The notes: generated by a model not told the origin, from the sequence alone. Counted from the first letter of the stretch, positions 10,400-18,046 are shown. The stretch: 38,019 nt of DNA from a virus (IMGVR_UViG_3300032212_000072:1-38019); one strand, 5' to 3'. A program made the numbers and translations.

Positions 10400-10789
10400 A
10401 TGTTTTTTCAAGTTGTTGATAATGTAATTATAGGTGATGCTCAAAGCCTACCTAGAATGTTTGTAAAAGATGATGTTCAATATCCTGTGGTTGAGATGTT
10501 TAACAAGGGGCATGACATTACTTATCTTGGATGGTATGAGCAGAATATAATTAAACCAACGCTATCAGAAGGCCAGAGAATCACAGGATATACTCATGCA
10601 ATTAATGGTAGTCAGGTAGACTCTACTGCAGCGATAAAGTCTGAAACTCCAGCGGAGAGAAAATCTCGCAAAGAGGCGCAGATTGATAGTATTCCAGAGG
10701 CATTGGCATTAAGGTTTGAAGCAATAGAAGAAGCGTTAGGTATGACAAAAGGTCAGTTAACAACCAATGCCAAAGCAAAGGTTAAATAA
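10400..10789 (+). CDS. Hypothetical protein (possible fibre assembly chaperone)
   Basis: AAGGAG RBS, position after the fibre genes. Confidence 0.55.
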   Translation: MFFQVVDNVIIGDAQSLPRMFVKDDVQYPVVEMFNKGHDITYLGWYEQNIIKPTLSEGQRITGYTHAINGSQVDSTAAIKSETPAERKSRKEAQIDSIPEALALRFEAIEEALGMTKGQLTTNAKAKVK

Positions 10790-11103
10790 TGCCAGACGGT
10801 ACAACATCAGTAATCAGCATGGTATGGGATGTAGTCAAGTGGCTATGGTTTGCACTTGCCGGATTTATTATTTTTCACTGGAAAAAGCTTACTAATGATG
10901 TTGATGAAATAAAAAAGGATTACGTTAAAGAGGATACATTTAACGAGACGCTTGGAAGCCTTAGAAAAGACATTAAAGATGTGGGCGACAAGCAGGAAAG
11001 TCACACTCAGATACTTCGTGAGGACTTACGTGAAGATATGAAGGGCGTACACAGCAGGATAGACACATTATTAATAAGGGTCAGGACTAAAAATGATGAT
11101 TAA
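10789..11103 (+). CDS. Putative holin/antiholin-like single-TM coiled-coil protein
   Basis: N-terminal TM segment then coiled coil, directly upstream of the endolysin. Confidence 0.5.
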   Translation: MPDGTTSVISMVWDVVKWLWFALAGFIIFHWKKLTNDVDEIKKDYVKEDTFNETLGSLRKDIKDVGDKQESHTQILREDLREDMKGVHSRIDTLLIRVRTKNDD

Positions 11104-11111
11104 CCTTCAAA

Positions 11112-11516
11112 ATGTATAAATGCGTATTCTTTAGCATTGACGAATTAGTCCCACCTGATGTTTACCAGGAGCGCGGCGAACTTGCCTGGGAACTGCTCGA
11201 TGATAGAGCGCTGGAAACCCTTGACCAATTGCGGGCCAAGTTTGGCCATTGCACGGTGAATAACTACAAATATGGCGGGCCGAGGGAGTGGTCAGGTCTG
11301 CGTACGCCTGATAGCCCATACTACAGCAAGTATAGCCAGCACACTTATGGCAAGGCATTTGACTGCATTTTTAAAGAACATGAGGCGCAGGGTGTAAGGA
11401 ATTACATTAAAGCCAATCCTGATGAGTTTCCGTATCTAAATAGTTATGAGCTTGATGTTAGCTGGCTTCATTTTGACACACGTAACTGCAAGAGAATTAA
11501 AACCTACAAGCCATAG
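11112..11516 (+). CDS. Endolysin, peptidase M15-like
   Basis: SGLR...SQHTYGKAFD...WLHFD zinc-peptidase motifs. Confidence 0.8.
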   Translation: MYKCVFFSIDELVPPDVYQERGELAWELLDDRALETLDQLRAKFGHCTVNNYKYGGPREWSGLRTPDSPYYSKYSQHTYGKAFDCIFKEHEAQGVRNYIKANPDEFPYLNSYELDVSWLHFDTRNCKRIKTYKP

Positions 11517-11526
11517 GATATATATC

Positions 11527-11811
11527 ATGAAAAATCAAACAATTTCATCTTTAGCTATAAGTATTACTACCATTGCTTTTTTCACCTTGTTTGTCTTGCT
11601 TTTATCTGGTTGCCAGACAGCCGGAGCTACACTGGACGCCGCCGGTGATATACGAAGCAAAGTAGCCGCAAAAGAAATGCGCCTTCACCAGAAAGGGTTA
11701 TGCTCTAGTAACTTTGATGAGATTCGCAAGGCGTTCGGTAAGAACGAGAAAGACTGGCGGGGCATCCTGACCGTATGCGGCTCAGACTCCAACGCTCTAG
11801 AGCGAGAATAA
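11527..11811 (+). CDS. Lipoprotein of the lysis module (spanin-like candidate)
   Basis: Signal peptide with LLSG|C lipobox, AGGA RBS, follows the endolysin. Confidence 0.55.
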   Translation: MKNQTISSLAISITTIAFFTLFVLLLSGCQTAGATLDAAGDIRSKVAAKEMRLHQKGLCSSNFDEIRKAFGKNEKDWRGILTVCGSDSNALERE

Positions 11812-11832
11812 TAAGGTATTCCATTTCAAACA

Positions 11833-11946
11833 TTATTTTCCCCTTGATATTAACCAAACAGGTACAGCAATTAATATTGCGATAACCCACAGGCCAACAA
11901 TGGTTCTACCAACAATCAGCGATACTATGTCAAATATTTCCATCAT
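11833..11946 (-). CDS. Small membrane peptide
   Basis: Hydrophobic short ORF overlapping the upstream gene end. Last gene of the leftward operon. Confidence 0.4.
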   Translation of the reverse strand: MMEIFDIVSLIVGRTIVGLWVIAILIAVPVWLISRGK

Positions 11947-12148
11947 TCTGTCGCTCCTTATCAATGATGGCCTGCAACTCGTCGGCGCAACCTGTGATGT
12001 CGTATCCACGATGGTCATCGCATGATTGATAACATAGCTCGACATCTATCCGCCATTTACTGATAAGCACTTGTAGGTCATTTCTTAGCCTCGCCTCCCG
12101 TTCCCTCAACTCATCAACCTTGGCCTGTAATTTGTCAAGGATTGTCAT
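11930..12148 (-). CDS. Hypothetical coiled-coil protein
   Basis: ATGA coupling. Shares VDELREREAxLRNDLQ with 12895-13512. Confidence 0.6.
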   Translation of the reverse strand: MTILDKLQAKVDELREREARLRNDLQVLISKWRIDVELCYQSCDDHRGYDITGCADELQAIIDKERQNDGNI

Positions 12149-12333
12149 TTTTTGACACACTCGACTAGATCTCCATTTCGGTCACTCCATCTATTGAATG
12201 TGGACACTTTTTTAAAAATGATTTGTTTGGCGTATTCACACGATTCTTTGCTATTAAATTCTTGCATCGCTACACCCCCAGCGCCACCTGTTGATATTTG
12301 CCCAAAGAAAAATATTATTAAGATATATTTCAT
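12145..12333 (-). CDS. Hypothetical small exported/membrane protein
   Basis: GGAGG RBS, MKYILIIFFF N-terminus, F-x-S-x-E-x-C motif. Confidence 0.6.
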   Translation of the reverse strand: MKYILIIFFFGQISTGGAGGVAMQEFNSKESCEYAKQIIFKKVSTFNRWSDRNGDLVECVKK

Positions 12334-12629
12334 TTCTCTACCTCCATCATAGCCGCTTCGAGTAGGGCGGCTGTGTAGTCCGATGATATGACTGGTGAAT
12401 GGGTGTAATGTGTAAACCAATATCCATTAGGATCTTCATTGGCAATGCTCCACCCCTTACCCAACAACCACAACAACACTTCTTCTCGGCGCGCAGGGTT
12501 TTTGAGCCAGAATATTTGGTTAGAGTTATACACAACCACGGCATTGATTGATGTGTGTATAATTCTGACGTTTTGTTTGCCCATCGCCTCTGCAAGCTGC
12601 TTGTACTGTTGTGGGGTGTAAGAGGTCAT
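12330..12629 (-). CDS. Hypothetical protein
   Basis: ATGA-coupled ORF in operon. Confidence 0.6.
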   Translation of the reverse strand: MTSYTPQQYKQLAEAMGKQNVRIIHTSINAVVVYNSNQIFWLKNPARREEVLLWLLGKGWSIANEDPNGYWFTHYTHSPVISSDYTAALLEAAMMEVEK

Positions 12630-12898
12630 ACACTACCTTGGTCATACTGAATAGCATTGCTAACCAACTCCACCATTGTATCGAGGTCGTCAAACTCTTT
12701 CAGGAACCACGGGCGTCGCAAGCGAGTATCATCCGGCAAACAAAAGGCGCGCTCTATTCCCTGAATAACATTACCCACTGCGACCAATGTCCCATCGTTG
12801 GCTTCAAAGTATTGATCTCCATCAAGCCACACATAACCGGCACCATTGCAAATATCAATCAATCTTTCACGTAGTTTCTTTTTACTAATCATGTTCAT
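12626..12898 (-). CDS. Hypothetical protein
   Basis: ATGA-coupled ORF with GGGG RBS. Confidence 0.6.
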   Translation of the reverse strand: MNMISKKKLRERLIDICNGAGYVWLDGDQYFEANDGTLVAVGNVIQGIERAFCLPDDTRLRRPWFLKEFDDLDTMVELVSNAIQYDQGSV

Positions 12899-13512
12899 TC
12901 CCCTTTGTTATCTGTGAGGGCTTGCAGCATTTCAATGTCTTCTCTTGTTGCCGTTTCTCTCCCTTCATCAAAAAGGGTGTCAATATCCCCACCTAAGCTA
13001 TCTTGCCATTCATCGAGAAGTTCTTGTAAATCATTTCTCAGCTTCGCCTCTCGCTCCCTCAACTCATCAACCTCATTCCCCAGCCGTTCGTTAGCATTAC
13101 TTAGGTTGTTGAATGTAATCTCGTCCATTCTGATTTTGTCGTTGAGTATGGCGATTTGCTCCTTGCTCGCGGTGAGTTCGGTTTTCAATCGACGTGTTTC
13201 AATTTGGTACGCTGTGGCTTCGCATTGTTTAGTGCAAGAATTAGACCTGTCTCTTATTTCACGTGCTTCTTTCAGTTCGGCTTTTAACTGGTTGCGTTCT
13301 TCGTGTAGCTCCGCCGTAATAGATCGTTCTATGACGTTTGCTGTCGCCGAGGCATTGCGAATTGTGTTTTTTGCCTCTTTCAGTTCTGCTTGGCAGGTGG
13401 TTAGCTTATTACTTAAATCATCATAGACATATTCAGCAGATTTATGAGTAGACATGAACCCATGCCGTAAATCTGCTGGTATAGACCTATAATATTTTTC
13501 AAACTCACTCAT
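12895..13512 (-). CDS. Coiled-coil hypothetical protein
   Basis: GGAGG RBS, 205 aa heptad-rich. Confidence 0.7.
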   Translation of the reverse strand: MSEFEKYYRSIPADLRHGFMSTHKSAEYVYDDLSNKLTTCQAELKEAKNTIRNASATANVIERSITAELHEERNQLKAELKEAREIRDRSNSCTKQCEATAYQIETRRLKTELTASKEQIAILNDKIRMDEITFNNLSNANERLGNEVDELREREAKLRNDLQELLDEWQDSLGGDIDTLFDEGRETATREDIEMLQALTDNKGE

Positions 13513-13526
13513 TTCAATTCCTCCCT
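13505..13526. repeat. 22-bp direct repeat, copy 1 (copy 2 at 13776-13797)
   Basis: TCACTCATTTCAATTCCTCCCT is identical at both sites and contains an RBS plus start codon on the minus strand. Confidence 0.9.
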
Positions 13527-13783
13527 ATATCTACCAAGGCTCTCTTGGCAATATTCGCCAAATCTTCGCGCTGATTTGCTAAACATATGCCCCCGACATA
13601 CCCTTCTGCAATCTGTTCAAGAGCGGCTTGGCAGGTGGTTATCTGGTTCAAGGCACCCTCACAATCTTCGGCTAGATGGTGAATTGCATTGACTATCTGC
13701 ATAGTGTTACCCAAGAAATTATCATCTTCCAAGTCACTAGCTATACCTAATGCACATTTTATAGAATTACTTTGTTCACTCAT
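13514..13783 (-). CDS. Hypothetical protein
   Basis: GGAGG RBS before ATG 13783. Flanked by the 22-bp repeats. Confidence 0.6.
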   Translation of the reverse strand: MSEQSNSIKCALGIASDLEDDNFLGNTMQIVNAIHHLAEDCEGALNQITTCQAALEQIAEGYVGGICLANQREDLANIAKRALVDIGRN

Positions 13784-13947
13784 TTCAATTCCTCCCTTGC
13801 TGTGGTGGTTCGGGTGTCCAGTCGCGTTATAGCTTTGATCAGTCTTTCTACCATCCAAATGAAACGCCTTGTGCCTGAGTCCGAACAGTCTTGCTCCCTC
13901 ATAGCAACCCCTATGGCAAATTCAGCAATATCGTCACGGTCACTCAT
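13780..13947 (-). CDS. Hypothetical 55-aa protein (MSDRDDIAEF...)
   Basis: Below the ORF-track cutoff. Fills the operon gap with overlaps at both ends. Confidence 0.55.
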   Translation of the reverse strand: MSDRDDIAEFAIGVAMREQDCSDSGTRRFIWMVERLIKAITRLDTRTTTAREELK

Positions 13948-14197
13948 CTTCCCCACCTCTCTTAATCCAAGTCGGCGTTATTTCCCCATCTTGAAAAATC
14001 GCTTCATACACTGGGGCAATATAACCCTCGTCCAGCTTTTCAAATTGCTCATGATAAGCAATATATTTTATGCGGTTTGTTCGCATATCATGATTCAGGT
14101 CAAGTACCACTACACCTCTGAACAAAGAGGTAAAATCTTCTGGATGCCTGAAAACCTCAACACTGACATAAAACATCCCGATTTTATTTGTTCTCAT
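13940..14197 (-). CDS. Hypothetical protein
   Basis: GAGGTGGGG RBS, operon-packed. Confidence 0.6.
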   Translation of the reverse strand: MRTNKIGMFYVSVEVFRHPEDFTSLFRGVVVLDLNHDMRTNRIKYIAYHEQFEKLDEGYIAPVYEAIFQDGEITPTWIKRGGEDE

Positions 14198-14198
14198 T

Positions 14199-14219
14199 CC
14201 CCACCTCTCTTGATAATCC
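14199..14219. repeat. 21-bp direct repeat, copy 1 (copy 2 at 14647-14667; partial 13-bp copy at 13951-13963)
   Basis: CCCCACCTCTCTTGATAATCC is identical at both sites. Confidence 0.9.
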
Positions 14220-14233
14220 GATATGAAACTTCA

Positions 14234-14443
14234 TTAGTGTTGCCCTTGCTTCAACAGCTTATCCTGGTATTTTTCAAAGAGCTTCTTACCCTTCTTTGTT
14301 TGCGTGTTATCAATCTTTGAAAAGACATCATGCAACGCCATGTGTGCAAAATCATCACCAAAAATATAATGTGGATTGCCTTTATCGTCGTGTACGCACA
14401 TAATTGTTTTGCACTTTTTTCGCTGTTTATCTTCTGTTTTCAT
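14234..14443 (-). CDS. Hypothetical protein
   Basis: GGCGGTG RBS-like sequence before ATG 14443. Confidence 0.55.
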   Translation of the reverse strand: MKTEDKQRKKCKTIMCVHDDKGNPHYIFGDDFAHMALHDVFSKIDNTQTKKGKKLFEKYQDKLLKQGQH

Positions 14444-14453
14444 ATCACCGCCT

Positions 14454-14606
14454 TTATGTTTCAATTGTTCTAAACCGAGCTTTTCCGCATTTGCTGCAAT
14501 ACGACACTTGGGTTATGTAATCGCCTGTGATTTCTCCGTCCAATCTGATTTTACCGTACTTGTATAGCTCCCATGACGACCATTTATGAAAAATTAGAAA
14601 ACACAT
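14454..14606 (-). CDS. Small Zn-ribbon-like protein (MCFLIFHKW...CSKCG)
   Basis: GGAGGAG RBS. C-x4-H-K-W...C-x2-C pattern resembling DUF1660-type phage proteins. Confidence 0.55.
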   Translation of the reverse strand: MCFLIFHKWSSWELYKYGKIRLDGEITGDYITQVSYCSKCGKARFRTIET

Positions 14607-15046
14607 TTTTGCTCCTCCTTAATTGGCAGGCGGGCCGGGGTTGTCGCCCCACCTCTCTTGATAATCCAGTAGCTTTTGATTATTTGCCAATCAAAGCTTT
14701 TTGCAATACCACCTTCCTCATCATCAATATCGAACCCGTCAACCCACACCCACGAACCAGGATGCACCGGGCATTCACTACTACCATCGTGCGTGTACTC
14801 TCTACCCAGAATGGCGCAGTCGAGAGGGGTGAACGACCCTGACCTGTACTCGTCTTTCAGACCGGGGTTGTAACTGACAATAGCAAACGGTGCTTCATAA
14901 CGAATAAAGAAAGCCACACGCTCAAACCCTATTGAGTCAATTGATATGCCAGCGGTTCCTTTAGGCCACAATTGGTTGTCCATCGCCTCAAGTTCCGCGT
15001 CTATCTCTGCGCGTTGCTTTAGTAGTTGTTCGTGTTTAGTCATCAC
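14594..15046 (-). CDS. Hypothetical protein
   Basis: 150-aa ORF with HDGSSECPV motif and GAGGG RBS. Confidence 0.65.
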   Translation of the reverse strand: MMTKHEQLLKQRAEIDAELEAMDNQLWPKGTAGISIDSIGFERVAFFIRYEAPFAIVSYNPGLKDEYRSGSFTPLDCAILGREYTHDGSSECPVHPGSWVWVDGFDIDDEEGGIAKSFDWQIIKSYWIIKRGGATTPARLPIKEEQKCVF

Positions 15047-15058
15047 TCTTTACCCTCT

Positions 15059-15205
15059 TTAATATTCCCAGTGGCCTTTGCACTCGCAGTCTTGTATTGT
15101 GCATCCGTCCCAGTCATGATCGTCAGGAGCATGGTCGCATGTGCAATCTGCTACATACGCATTGTCTTCCGGGCAGACATAATCCTCATCCACATCTTCA
15201 GCCAT
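15059..15205 (-). CDS. 48-aa highly acidic Cys/His-rich protein
   Basis: AAGGAG RBS. Translation MAEDVDEDYVCPEDNAYVADCTCDHAPDDHDWDGCTIQDCECKGHWEY. Confidence 0.6.
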   Translation of the reverse strand: MAEDVDEDYVCPEDNAYVADCTCDHAPDDHDWDGCTIQDCECKGHWEY

Positions 15206-15338
15206 CACTTTTCTCCTTAACCTCACACCCACACTTAACGCAGCAAAGAGTACGCTTGAATCCTTGCAGGTGGCCGTATCGGTCAGTTGTTGCCCATGTA
15301 ACCATCTTTACCTTTGTCTGCTTGTGATTGCATAGCAT
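15198..15338 (-). CDS. Small Cys-containing protein (MLCNHKQ...CVKCG)
   Basis: Fills the operon gap, C-x-H...C-x2-C pattern. Confidence 0.45.
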   Translation of the reverse strand: MLCNHKQTKVKMVTWATTDRYGHLQGFKRTLCCVKCGCEVKEKSDG

Positions 15339-15346
15339 TAACTCAG

Positions 15347-15535
15347 TCACCAGGGGTTACCCGGTTGTATAGGCATAGAAATTATCCTGTAACCTTCATC
15401 GGTTGCGATCCCAAAGAAGCCAAAATCAAAACGTGATCCGGGAGTAAATCTTTCATGGTCTGACTCAACTACACGCATAGCTTTTCCGTAACCGAATTGT
15501 TCTTCTGGCACCCATTTCACTACAATAGTTTTCAT
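15347..15535 (-). CDS. Hypothetical protein
   Basis: AGGAG RBS, 62 aa. Confidence 0.6.
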   Translation of the reverse strand: MKTIVVKWVPEEQFGYGKAMRVVESDHERFTPGSRFDFGFFGIATDEGYRIISMPIQPGNPW

Positions 15536-15562
15536 CTCTCATCTCCTATTAGGTGGAAACCC

Positions 15563-15639
15563 TGCCAGCAACGGGATTTGAACCCGTGGCGCTCCCTCAG
15601 TCGTAAGGGATGCTCTTTTCCTGACTGAGCTATGCCAGA
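15563..15639 (-). tRNA. tRNA-like RNA 1 (non-canonical 8-nt anticodon loop UACGACUG; isotype undetermined)
   Basis: Cloverleaf: D stem GCTC/GAGC, anticodon stem TCCCT/AGGGA, T arm ACGGG-TTCAAAT-CCCGT, acceptor CTGGCA/TGCTGG. No encoded CCA. Confidence 0.75.
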
Positions 15640-15654
15640 AAGGTTTCCTGTTCT

Positions 15655-16254
15655 TTATTCAGACATCAATGCCTTAATTGCTGCACGGTCTGCGGAATTA
15701 AACAGCGCCCATACTTTTGTTTTTTCTTCGGCGCTCTGGTATTCGTTTAGAATTTCATGCAATCCGTGTTCATCACCAGCGGCCAGGCAGTCTTTTACCT
15801 GCTTGATAATCTGCTCTTTCTCACCAGGTTTAAATCGGTGGCCTGATTCGCTATTATCTTGCGTATCAGCGTCCTTTGTATCATCAATGGCAAGCAAACC
15901 ATTAAGCGCATATTTGCGCGCATAAGAAGATGTCGCACCTGTTAGCTGCGCTAAATCCATCCCCTTTTTTTCATAAGGTTCGCGGGCGTAAGCTGTTGCT
16001 ACTGCGCCTTCATTCTCAAGGTTTATGGTGGCTGTTGCCTTGACGTAGTATCGCTCACCAATAAATACGATCTCATCAGAGATGATTAGCGAGGCACCAT
16101 GTTCTGCAAGCAATGGCTTGACCGCTTCGACAATGTCTTCGCAGGAGCGATACTTGTATTTACCGAAGGTATTTGTTTGTCCTTTCGGCGCTTTTAGCTT
16201 TGCCTGAATATCAGACAATACTGTAGTTAATTTACCCACGGTTAATGTCGCCAT
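15655..16254 (-). CDS. erf: ERF-family single-strand annealing recombinase
   Basis: KYKYRSCEDI and Q-x-TGATSSYARKYALNGLLAIDD-x-KDAD ERF signature. Confidence 0.9.
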   Translation of the reverse strand: MATLTVGKLTTVLSDIQAKLKAPKGQTNTFGKYKYRSCEDIVEAVKPLLAEHGASLIISDEIVFIGERYYVKATATINLENEGAVATAYAREPYEKKGMDLAQLTGATSSYARKYALNGLLAIDDTKDADTQDNSESGHRFKPGEKEQIIKQVKDCLAAGDEHGLHEILNEYQSAEEKTKVWALFNSADRAAIKALMSE

Positions 16255-16420
16255 TATCAAACCCCTTATACTTTGTTTCTTCTTTCGCCCGATCATTCAT
16301 ATCAGATATGTATGAAGCTACAGCATAATCCGCCTCTCTCAACGCATCTTCTTCGCATTGACCGGAATTAATAGCAAGCTCGTAGTTTTCCTGCCATATC
16401 TGTTTCATGTCCATTACCAA
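16232..16420 (-). CDS. Hypothetical protein
   Basis: Operon-packed 62-aa ORF with AGGAG RBS. Confidence 0.5.
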   Translation of the reverse strand: MVMDMKQIWQENYELAINSGQCEEDALREADYAVASYISDMNDRAKEETKYKGFDNGDINRG

Positions 16421-16424
16421 ACTC

Positions 16425-16598
16425 CTAAGACCATATCCTAATTAGAGTCGTTATTACTAATGTGGTTGCACCGCCAAAATATCCAATTAAAATTATAACT
16501 TTTATAAAATATGATTCTGGCGGTTCTTTGTAAAAGTTAATAATCAGCCATGTAACCAGCGTTATTAACAATGCCGTCTGCTGCGTCTCGATCAACAT
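16425..16598 (-). CDS. Small two-TM membrane protein
   Basis: 57-aa hydrophobic ORF below the track cutoff, GAGGG RBS. Confidence 0.45.
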   Translation of the reverse strand: MLIETQQTALLITLVTWLIINFYKEPPESYFIKVIILIGYFGGATTLVITTLIRIWS

Positions 16599-16715
16599 CA
16601 CTCACACCCTCTTATATCAACCTGTTCAGGCAACTGCCCTACCCGAAAATCAGCCACAGCAGATGTGGTAAATAAGAACAGAAACCAGAGAATGCACCCG
16701 ATTATCACGGCTAGT

Positions 16716-17003
16716 TTATCGCTCATCGTTTACCTGCCTTACTGCATACTTTCTGGCTTGCATCGTTACATGGCCGAGAAGCAATTTAGAAGCTGTTATA
16801 TAGTCCTTGTCACGCATAAGCTCACCGAAATAACTCAACGCCTCATCGCTTCCGTCGCTGTGTACAAACTCTTCGATGCAGTCACGGATAATGGTTTCAT
16901 CTAGCCAGTTGTCATGAATCTGTTCGATAATCCTATCCTCCTCGGTCTGGCGTTCCCTTGATGCCTGTGCAGACTTGTCTAGTTCTATATCATCGTAGCC
17001 CAT
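16716..17003 (-). CDS. Hypothetical acidic protein
   Basis: GGAG RBS before ATG 17003. Confidence 0.55.
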   Translation of the reverse strand: MGYDDIELDKSAQASRERQTEEDRIIEQIHDNWLDETIIRDCIEEFVHSDGSDEALSYFGELMRDKDYITASKLLLGHVTMQARKYAVRQVNDER

Positions 17004-17184
17004 CAGCTTTCTCCGCTTTATAGCGCGCTTCCATAACAATAAATTGACCGTCACTGGCTGCAAATCCTACACGCTTGATTTGCTCAAGGTTCATAGTTTT
17101 ACGCTGCGCCCTAAATGCCGCATACATAATATCGTCTATTAATGCGTACTCTTGCGCCTCGTTTTGTGGGTAATCTCTATTCAT
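16990..17184 (-). CDS. Hypothetical protein
   Basis: GGGG RBS before ATG 17184. Confidence 0.5.
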   Translation of the reverse strand: MNRDYPQNEAQEYALIDDIMYAAFRAQRKTMNLEQIKRVGFAASDGQFIVMEARYKAEKADGLR

Positions 17185-17211
17185 GTCATGCCCCGTTTGT
17201 TTAGGTATCAA

Positions 17212-17382
17212 TTAGCCAGAGCCATCGCCATAGCCATCGCCATAGCCATCGCCATCGCCAGAGCCATCGCCAGAGCCATCGCCATAGCCATCGCCAGAGC
17301 CATAGCCAGAGCCATCGCCATAGCCATCGCCATAGCCATCGGCCTTAGCGAGTCTCATGCTTGTTAGTTTTATTTTTTCCAT
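17212..17382 (-). CDS. 56-aa Gly-X (D/Y/S) dipeptide-repeat protein
   Basis: MEKIKLTSMRLAKA followed by 21 X-G dipeptides. Start overlaps the upstream gene end. Confidence 0.7.
   Translation of the reverse strand: MEKIKLTSMRLAKADGYGDGYGDGSGYGSGDGYGDGSGDGSGDGDGYGDGYGDGSG
17215..17340. repeat. Hexanucleotide tandem repeat (GATGGC/TATGGC/TCTGGC on the minus strand), 21 units
   Basis: Directly visible. Confidence 0.95.
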
Positions 17383-17738
17383 GCCTTCGCACCTTGGAAG
17401 AATTCAGCAGCAACTTCAGAGCATGGGATAACCTCAATTACATCAGTTAACTCAATCTCTGGAATTTCAATGGCAATACGTGAATCAGGTGAAACGCCAT
17501 CCATTGCAACTTGTGATAAGCTGCAAGCCCCGCTCCACTGATGAAGGCGTCTAGATTTGAGTAATTTTGCGTATTGTGGATGGCTAGTTGCAAACTCAGC
17601 AACAAATCCAATATGAACCCCTGCTGAATATGTGCGCACAACACAGTATTTCATGCCGTTAGTTTCTGGCGCTAACTGAGTCTTATCTGCACGCACATAT
17701 TCAACCTCATCTATTTTAATTGTCTCCGGCTTACTCAT
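17370..17738 (-). CDS. DUF6948-like protein; first gene of the leftward operon
   Basis: YCVVRTYSAGVH-x-G...RRL-x-x-W-x-GA-x-SLSQVA-x-x-G motif, GAGG RBS. Confidence 0.7.
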   Translation of the reverse strand: MSKPETIKIDEVEYVRADKTQLAPETNGMKYCVVRTYSAGVHIGFVAEFATSHPQYAKLLKSRRLHQWSGACSLSQVAMDGVSPDSRIAIEIPEIELTDVIEVIPCSEVAAEFFQGAKAWKK

Positions 17739-17779
17739 TTTATTTCCTCACTGATTTAATTTATCTGTAATGTATTTTC

Positions 17780-17808
17780 AGTATGGGCGCGTGTATATTA
17801 AATGTCAA
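17780..17808 (-). promoter_or_regulatory. Leftward sigma70 promoter (PL-like)
   Basis: TTGACA-17 bp-CATACT on the minus strand. Confidence 0.8.
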
Positions 17809-17840
17809 GCACTAATTACAATTAATTTAAAACATTTTAC

Positions 17841-17869
17841 TTGACATTATAAAAACTATAGAAGATACT
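17841..17869 (+). promoter_or_regulatory. Rightward sigma70 promoter (PR-like)
   Basis: TTGACA-17 bp-GATACT, with an AT-rich UP element shared with the leftward promoter. Confidence 0.85.
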
Positions 17870-17875
17870 AAGGGC

Positions 17876-18046
17876 ATGAAAATTACAAACTACCGTGCGA
17901 ATAAGCTTAAACGCTTTAATTATTCTGAGATTGGCCGGCGTTGTGATGTATCACGTCAGGCTGTATATCAATGGGTTGAAAACAAGCGCATCCCTGATGA
18001 ACACATAGGGCTTGTGGAAGAGTACACGCGCATGAAATTATACTAA
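17876..18046 (+). CDS. cro: Cro-like HTH regulator (56 aa, probably leaderless)
   Basis: SEIGRRCDVSRQAVYQW...IP helix-turn-helix. ATG lies 6 nt after the -10 box. Missed by the ORF track. Confidence 0.8.
   Translation: MKITNYRANKLKRFNYSEIGRRCDVSRQAVYQWVENKRIPDEHIGLVEEYTRMKLY

Noticed and set aside
15563-15639. Assignment as functional tRNA-Val(TAC) or tRNA-Arg(ACG)
   Set aside because: Placing either triplet in a 7-nt loop destroys the anticodon stem pairing.
17215-17340. CRISPR array, or plus-strand poly(AI/AR) ORF 17152-17367
   Set aside because: 6-bp tandem units with no spacers. The minus-strand Gly-X frame fits the operon direction and coupling.
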